Part shown: one piece after another, positions 57,991 to 64,000 of the stretch | Layout: each line of letters starts with the position of its first letter | Numbering within the stretch: position 1 is the stretch's first letter | Origin: an uncultured Roseivirgaceae bacterium | GTDB lineage: Bacteria; Bacteroidota; Bacteroidia; Cytophagales; Cyclobacteriaceae | DNA length: 64,000 nucleotides | Direction: 5' to 3' | Assembly: GCA_964593185.1 (NCBI GenBank) | Contig: CAZQJU010000005.1 | Location: forward strand, 2,180 to 66,179 | Made by a program: the position numbers and the translations under genes | The notes under the pieces: model-generated | What the model was told of the DNA's origin: nothing | The model's input: only the letters and a program-made list of their open reading frames with translations | Databases searched by the model: none

Positions 57991-60594
57991 GTGGGTGGCA
58001 CGCGAACTAAAGTACTTACATTTTTATTCTTTTCCCTCTGTGGATTTCTGGTTTCTTATGCGCAGACTTCAAGGGACTATCAGATAGGATTTTCCGGAAG
58101 TTTCCCACTCCTGCAAGTATTGGATTCCGTCCAAAAAGACGTTAAGCTCGCCTTCAGTCGAGATAGAATCCCAAATTACACCATCCAATGTACTGAAGGT
58201 CAGTCGCTGAAGGACATGCTTGATGAGTTGGCCGCAGCAAAAATCTTGACATTCAACATACAAAATGAACAGATAATCCTGGGACCCTACACGCCAAGGT
58301 CATACACAATCAACGGCGTGTTGAAGGACATGGAAACGGGTGAGCACATTATTGGGGCTGCAGTGCAAATTACAGGGGGCAAGTCCGGAACCACCACGAA
58401 TGGATATGGATACTTTTCCATTACGCTCTTTGAATCAGACTATGAAGTTGTGGTTTCGCATGTGGGGTACTCCACGTATCGGACAGACGTACAATTAGAT
58501 AGAAATGTATACCTGAAGTTGGCCTTGGCTTCCTCGGTGACTAAGCTGGACGAAGTAGAGATTAATGCACAAGCCAGTAACGACTTCGTGACCGAAGGCA
58601 TTCCGTCCATCAATAAAATCTACATTAACGAAACTGCCGGGCAAGTACCCTACCTCTTTGGTGAAGTGGACGTAATTCAAAATGCACTATTGCAGCCGGG
58701 CATTAAAGTTATTGGCGAGGACGCAAGTGGGTTTCACGTTAGAGGAGGTGCAGTAGATCAGAATCTCACGCTCCTCGATGAGGCCACGATATACAACCCC
58801 AATCATTTCTTCGGGCTAATCTCTGTGTTCAACCCCGAAGCGGTAAATGACATTAGGATCATGAAAGGATACTCCCCCCCCTCTTACGGTGGAAGGGCTT
58901 CCTCCGTTATCGAAGTACGGCAGAAGGAAGGCAATAACCAAAAGGCAAGCTATTCAGGCGGAATAGGTATTCTCTCCGCAAGAGGGTTAGCCGAAGGTCC
59001 CATAAAGAAAGGAAAGAGCTCCTATTTGATTAGCGGACGCCAAAGTTTGCTAAATCTGTCAATCTCAGATTTTGGCAGTCGGTCCGTCTTGAGGAGTAGG
59101 AATCGATTTCAAGATTTGAACATCAAATTGAACACTCGTCCTAATACATCCAATCAGTTTTATCTGTCAGGATATTATGGAAACGACCGAAACAGTGTAG
59201 GCCTTAATTCGATTCGAAACTGGGGGAATCGAATTGCAAATTTTAGATGGAGTCACCTATACAGCCCTCAGCTCTTCTCAAACATCGCGCTATTCGTATC
59301 AGAATTCAATTATCGGGTTGAAAATGACGAAGAACCGGGCGCCTTCATTGGAAGATCCAGGATAAGAGATATCGGCCTAAAGGCTGATTTTGCCTACACC
59401 TTTGAAACCTCCAATGAAATTACTTTTGGTCTGCACAGCACCTATCACAATCTCCTACCAGGGTCCAGAGAGCCTTTTGATCCCAATGCAAGCAGTACGA
59501 ACATCATAGAGTTGGAAAGGGAAAGAGGTTTGGAGTCTGCCGTGTATCTAGGTCACAGCTTTGAGGTAGGAAAGGTGAACGTAAATTATGGTTTCAGGTA
59601 CAGTACCTTACACAACTTTGGACCGGATGAGGTTTTCCGTTATCGAAATGATATTCCCTCAGATACAGCAATTACTGACACGATCACGTTTGCAAACGGA
59701 GAACTCATAAATTCCTTCAGCACATTCGAGCCCAGACTTGCAATCAACTGGAAAATCAATAAAAAGTCTTCCATTAAAGCGGCATTTTCTCGGAATGCGC
59801 AGTACATCCACTTGATCTCTAATACGGTTTCGCCAGCTCCTACAGACATCTGGAAACTGACCGACGACTACATCCCTCCTTTGGTTTCAGATCAGTATTC
59901 CTTAGGACTCTACAAGAATTTCAAGGATGATCAGTGGCAATTTTCTTCGGAAATCTATTACAAGGATATCACCAATAATATTCAGTACAGAAACGGAGCT
60001 GACCTCGTGTTTAACGAAAACATTGAAACCGAATTGATTATAGGCAATGCCAGAGCATATGGGTGGGAAATTTATTTGGGCAAGCAACGAGGTAAACTCC
60101 AAGGATGGCTTAGCTATACCCTCTCCCGTGCTGAAAGTAGGATTATTGAAAATGACCAAGACCTCTTTATACCGGAGAACTTTGACAAGACTCATGACTT
60201 CTCAACATCCTGGAACCTGGATATATCGGATCGTTTAAGCGCTTCTACAAACTTCATCTTCAATACCGGCATTCCTGTGACTTTGCCTACGGATAAATAC
60301 ATTTTCGAAGACAATCTGGTGCCGGGCTTCTCCACACGAAACAATGAAAGAATACCCAACTATCATCGCCTGGACCTTTCCATGAGATTAAAAGGAAGAG
60401 CTACAACCAAGCGTGGGACCAAGCGCAAAAATCAAGACTACTGGATACTGACAATCTACAACGTGTATGCGAGAAAAAATGCTTACTCCTATTTCTTCAG
60501 AGAATCTGAAATCAATCCTGGAATTGGCGAAATCGTTCAATACTCAATTTTTGGAACGGTCATCCCTGCCCTAACGTACAACTTTAAATTCTAA
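57991..60594 (+). CDS. TonB-dependent receptor with N-terminal signalling-like extension
   Basis: Signal peptide, ~70-aa N-terminal domain, CarboxypepD_reg-like domain, plug 'VRGGAVDQNLTLLD', 'YHRLDLS', ends YNFKF. Confidence 0.92.
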   Translation: MGGTRTKVLTFLFFSLCGFLVSYAQTSRDYQIGFSGSFPLLQVLDSVQKDVKLAFSRDRIPNYTIQCTEGQSLKDMLDELAAAKILTFNIQNEQIILGPYTPRSYTINGVLKDMETGEHIIGAAVQITGGKSGTTTNGYGYFSITLFESDYEVVVSHVGYSTYRTDVQLDRNVYLKLALASSVTKLDEVEINAQASNDFVTEGIPSINKIYINETAGQVPYLFGEVDVIQNALLQPGIKVIGEDASGFHVRGGAVDQNLTLLDEATIYNPNHFFGLISVFNPEAVNDIRIMKGYSPPSYGGRASSVIEVRQKEGNNQKASYSGGIGILSARGLAEGPIKKGKSSYLISGRQSLLNLSISDFGSRSVLRSRNRFQDLNIKLNTRPNTSNQFYLSGYYGNDRNSVGLNSIRNWGNRIANFRWSHLYSPQLFSNIALFVSEFNYRVENDEEPGAFIGRSRIRDIGLKADFAYTFETSNEITFGLHSTYHNLLPGSREPFDPNASSTNIIELERERGLESAVYLGHSFEVGKVNVNYGFRYSTLHNFGPDEVFRYRNDIPSDTAITDTITFANGELINSFSTFEPRLAINWKINKKSSIKAAFSRNAQYIHLISNTVSPAPTDIWKLTDDYIPPLVSDQYSLGLYKNFKDDQWQFSSEIYYKDITNNIQYRNGADLVFNENIETELIIGNARAYGWEIYLGKQRGKLQGWLSYTLSRAESRIIENDQDLFIPENFDKTHDFSTSWNLDISDRLSASTNFIFNTGIPVTLPTDKYIFEDNLVPGFSTRNNERIPNYHRLDLSMRLKGRATTKRGTKRKNQDYWILTIYNVYARKNAYSYFFRESEINPGIGEIVQYSIFGTVIPALTYNFKF

Positions 60595-61457
60595 TGAAGA
60601 AGATCTGTACCCTATTGTCCCTGACCTTTCTCTTCGCATGTGAGCGGATCAATATTGGGGTTGAAGAGGTTGTCAGTGTAGAGCTTCCTAATGCCACAAA
60701 CCTGATCACCGTGGAGGGTTGGCTGACGAGTACGCAGGAAACCCAGTACGTCAGACTTACACGATCCAATAGCTTCAATAGTGCAGAACAAGTAGCGCTC
60801 ATCGAAGACGCCAGTGTTATTGTGCAATCCAGAAGTGGTCAAACATTTCAATACCTATATACCGCCAATGGCATTTACCTTTCTGCTGAGCAGTTTTCAG
60901 CTGCTTCTGGCACCGACTATCGAGTACGGGTTCAACTTGAAGATGGAAGGGAAATAAGATCCGAGTGGGAGACTGCGCCTGAAATTGTCGTACTTAACCG
61001 ACTCTTTATTGACTCTTTTGAAGAAAATGACCCAGATAATCCGAACCAACAAATACGTGTCTTTTTTCCCCGAATTATCGCTATAGACCCGGATGGCGAA
61101 CGTAACTACTACCGATGGAGGTTTTTCAAAAATGACCTTCCCTTCACGGATTTTGAATCCATCACAATTCAAGATGATCGTTTTTTTGATGGAAACCTAA
61201 TACCCAATGACTTCAGGTCGTTTGGCTATGCCAGTGGAGACGAGATGGTGGTACAATTTCAATCGATTAGTAGTGAAGCCTTTAACTACCTCAATCTTTT
61301 AAAATCCCAAATCACCTCACTGGGGACCTCCTCAGGCACTACTCCAGCACAGGTTATTGGTAATCTAAGCTTTAACGCTGATTCAGAAGACGAAACGGTG
61401 TTGGGGTACTTTGGATTGGTGGGGGTTAGTGCAGATACCGCCGTGGTCGTAAACTAG
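60594..61457 (+). CDS. DUF4249 family lipoprotein (TonB receptor partner)
   Basis: Lipobox LFAC, 'ITVEG.L', 'VRLTRS', 'DPDGERNYYRW', 'GNL...VLGYF'. Confidence 0.85.
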   Translation: MKKICTLLSLTFLFACERINIGVEEVVSVELPNATNLITVEGWLTSTQETQYVRLTRSNSFNSAEQVALIEDASVIVQSRSGQTFQYLYTANGIYLSAEQFSAASGTDYRVRVQLEDGREIRSEWETAPEIVVLNRLFIDSFEENDPDNPNQQIRVFFPRIIAIDPDGERNYYRWRFFKNDLPFTDFESITIQDDRFFDGNLIPNDFRSFGYASGDEMVVQFQSISSEAFNYLNLLKSQITSLGTSSGTTPAQVIGNLSFNADSEDETVLGYFGLVGVSADTAVVVN

Positions 61458-61465
61458 AGGGCCAT

Positions 61466-61505
61466 AAAAAAGCAAACGGAGCGCCCTCACCAAAGCAACT
61501 CCGTT
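61466..61505 (-). terminator. Intrinsic terminator, minus orientation
   Basis: Minus strand reads AACGGAGTTGCTTTGGTGAGGGCGCTCCGTT followed by TGCTTTTTT. Confidence 0.7.
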
Positions 61506-61572
61506 CTAATTCAACCAGCTATGGATAATCTTTAATGTCTTTGATCTATTTCTAATTCTTTGTTGATCACGA
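61466..61572 (-). ncRNA. Candidate ~105-nt small RNA, possibly ECF-sigma dependent
   Basis: GCAACC-N14-GATCTAA promoter-like element (61606 to 61580) upstream of a terminator; shares a motif with the 37.6-kb candidate. Confidence 0.4.
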
Positions 61573-61661
61573 CTCAAGGTTAGATCAAAAATCACAGTTC
61601 GGTTGCAAGATTCGGTGATCAGTGCTTTGGCTTAGATAAATCCGAATAATCGGACGATTAA

Positions 61662-62108
61662 TTATTTTCCGAGAATTCGACGGTGGTAATTGACTTGTCC
61701 AAGATGGTAGTTCAGGTGTCCCATCAGATGCATGATAAAATGAAGATTGGACATTTTGTACCCAAATACTTCTAGTGGATAGTCAGCACTATAATCTTCA
61801 TCGGATGCGGTCTCAAAATATCCAATCAGTGCTTCCTCGGTTTTCAACACTTCACTTACCAACGCTTCTCTTGTCATCCTCCCATTAAATTCAAATGCTC
61901 GATCACGCTCGTACGCTGATCCTCCGAGTACATGCCCAATGAAATGCTGTAGATTACCACATAGGTGCATTGCTAAGTTTCCGGCTGAGTTCTTAATCTC
62001 TCCATCCGTAATCCAAAGCTGTTCCTCACTGGCATACAAGTTTATTTCTTCCTTAAGCTTCCCTAAATCTCTCGCAAAAAGGGTCTTGAATTCTCCAGAA
62101 ACATTCAT
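61662..62108 (-). CDS. DinB/DUF1572-like family protein
   Basis: 'NSAGNLAMHLCGNL', 'RDRAFEF', 'HLNYHLGQ' metal-binding His pattern. Confidence 0.88.
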   Translation of the reverse strand: MNVSGEFKTLFARDLGKLKEEINLYASEEQLWITDGEIKNSAGNLAMHLCGNLQHFIGHVLGGSAYERDRAFEFNGRMTREALVSEVLKTEEALIGYFETASDEDYSADYPLEVFGYKMSNLHFIMHLMGHLNYHLGQVNYHRRILGK

Positions 62109-62704
62109 GATAGCGTCGTTATTGCGATGTTAAAAAAATCTTTTGTGCGCTGCTCAAATCGCGTAAGGTCGTCCTTTTTGAGCTTACCTACTACTTTACA
62201 AGCCTCTAAGAAGATTCGTTCACTGACTTCAATCGAGAAATCAGTGATTAGGCGTTCCACCGTGCTTAGCTGAGGGTATTCAAAGGTAAAAACTACCTCA
62301 ACTCGTTCAAAGATTTGCTTCATTTGAGCCTTACTGAGTGCCTCCTCGGAGGCCATTTTGTAGGCACTTATTAATCCACCCACACCTAGTTTTGTCCCGC
62401 CAAAGTACCGTACCACAACGACCAGGACATTGGTAAGTCCGTACGATTTTATTTGCCCCAATATTGGGTCTCCAGCGGAGTGTGAAGGTTCTCCATCATC
62501 ATGCGTACGTATGACTGACTGCTCCAAACCAAGCATCCAAGCATAACAGTGGTGCTGAGCATCACGGTATTTACGCTTTATCCCCTCCAACAAAACCTTA
62601 ATTTCCTCTTCCGATTGAACCGGATGGGCGAGTCCAATGAACTTGCTACCCTTCTCCTTCACAAGGCTTTCTACTGAATTCACGATGGTATAGAAAGCAC
62701 TCAA
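62105..62704 (-). CDS. YigZ/IMPACT family protein
   Basis: 'KGSKFI', 'HHCYAW', 'DDGEPS.SAG', 'VVRYFGGTKLGVGGL'. Confidence 0.94.
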   Translation of the reverse strand: MSAFYTIVNSVESLVKEKGSKFIGLAHPVQSEEEIKVLLEGIKRKYRDAQHHCYAWMLGLEQSVIRTHDDGEPSHSAGDPILGQIKSYGLTNVLVVVVRYFGGTKLGVGGLISAYKMASEEALSKAQMKQIFERVEVVFTFEYPQLSTVERLITDFSIEVSERIFLEACKVVGKLKKDDLTRFEQRTKDFFNIAITTLS

Positions 62705-63813
62705 ATTTCAGAGAGTATCTTCTTGGCCTCTGTCGAAATCTGAGTGGTCTCAGCATACTTCAAGGATAACTCAAGCATCTCTTTTGCTTCTGCATCTTCA
62801 CCTTTTTCTTCAAGTAATCGACCTAGTCCTAGGTAGCCAAACCCCTTGAAGTATTCACCGTGATGAGGAATGTCTTCTCCAAATTTGAGCCCTTTTCGGT
62901 ATGCAAATTCAGCCTTTTCTTTGTTCTGGATAACCACTTCCTCATAGTATCCAAGAAATACATAGCCCGCAAGGTTATAATAAGGGCTGGGATGCCGTAG
63001 CAACGCATAGATCATTTGAAGAGGTGCCCCCTTAAAGTCTTCCGTGTTAGCCAATGATTCAAGGTATTTTGCTTTGGCGTAAAAATTATTTGGGTACCTC
63101 TCACATAGAAACGATAAGTGCTTCTGGGCTAATTGGGGTTTATCTTCATATCGAAGGTAGATATAGCTTAGGTAGACGTGTGCTTCTACATCCGTAAGAA
63201 TAGAGGTTTGGGAGGCCTTCTCTAATTGTTTCAGCCCTAGTTCCATGTCACCACTTTTGAAAAACCAGACAAAGGGTTTGTAAATCGGATGTTTCTCAGG
63301 ATACTTCTCGATAAAGTAATTGTACAGACCTGTTGTAAACAGAAATTCAGGAAATTCATCCACCAACGAAAACCCTTCTTTTAGAAGCCCATAAGCTCTA
63401 TTGGCCTCACCAACGGCTTTCATAAGATATTCTTGGTCTGCATAATACTCTGCCAACAACCCATGCGCTGACATCGCAAAGAATATCATCTCGGGATCTT
63501 GGAGATCCGGATCTCTTTCCCGAGCCAATGAAATCGCCGAATCGAGCTTACTTTCCATTTCTGCAAACAAGTCTTCTGAAATCGTAGGAATGTTTGCCCA
63601 TAGAATTGCCATTCCACGCATAAGGGGTACAACAGGATGATCTTGCACCAACCTCTCAACACGCTTTGCATAGTAATAGGCAGAGTCCTGATCGGAATTG
63701 TAAATTTGCTCAGCTCCAAGCTTAACCAAGCGCTGAACCTCTCCACGATCAAAGACTTGAGCCGATACTTGCAAGCTTAAGAATAAGAGAAAAAGAGTCG
63801 TAGCGTTTTTCAA
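62701..63813 (-). CDS. Exported all-helical TPR-like protein
   Basis: Signal peptide from TTG 63813 (LKNATTLFLLFLSLQVSAQ); TPR-like helices; 'GLYNYF...GDMELGLKQLEKA'. Confidence 0.7.
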   Translation of the reverse strand: MKNATTLFLLFLSLQVSAQVFDRGEVQRLVKLGAEQIYNSDQDSAYYYAKRVERLVQDHPVVPLMRGMAILWANIPTISEDLFAEMESKLDSAISLARERDPDLQDPEMIFFAMSAHGLLAEYYADQEYLMKAVGEANRAYGLLKEGFSLVDEFPEFLFTTGLYNYFIEKYPEKHPIYKPFVWFFKSGDMELGLKQLEKASQTSILTDVEAHVYLSYIYLRYEDKPQLAQKHLSFLCERYPNNFYAKAKYLESLANTEDFKGAPLQMIYALLRHPSPYYNLAGYVFLGYYEEVVIQNKEKAEFAYRKGLKFGEDIPHHGEYFKGFGYLGLGRLLEEKGEDAEAKEMLELSLKYAETTQISTEAKKILSEI

Positions 63814-64000
63814 GTTTTGAACCTTATTTAGCGTTTCAATGAGGCAAGTTATAGGGCTTACTTTAGATAAAAAGATTATTTGAACATTAGTTTCATGTGA
63901 CCGATGGACTTCCAAAAATTTACCAACCCAAGTAGTTTAGACCTAACCTCTCCGGTCACCTATTTAACCAAAACGTACCTTCAGTCCCAGCAACACCCTA

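Overview
A dense, mostly core-genome window from a Bacteroidota bacterium, probably a marine Cytophagales (inferred from SusC/SusD, TamL, DUF4249/DUF1573/DUF2911 proteins, TAnnTTTG-type promoter boxes and no Shine-Dalgarno signals). It holds about 54 CDS. These include a CAZyme-free SusC/SusD locus with an FG-GAP/VCBS lipoprotein and an M28 peptidase, housekeeping genes (gyrB, trpS, pgi, phosphosugar mutase, hemF, riboflavin synthase, pcm, menC, queA-like, hslV, PDH E2), a PIG-L deacetylase/small membrane protein/Na+:solute symporter operon, and an ECF sigma/FecR/TonB-receptor/DUF4249 module. I saw no tRNA, rRNA, CRISPR array, transposase or prophage. The most notable observations are: (1) an SRAP/HMCES-family protein lacking all three catalytic residues, coupled to a degenerate beta-lactamase-fold lipoprotein and the ECF signalling module; (2) two candidate intergenic sRNAs that share a motif just before their terminators; (3) two small membrane-protein ORFs missing from the ORF track; (4) a sensorless histidine kinase next to a receiver protein with a lambda-N-like Arg-rich N-terminus; (5) divergent genes menC/queA whose start codons overlap in one CATG. 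All family assignments are by eye from motifs; no database search was run.
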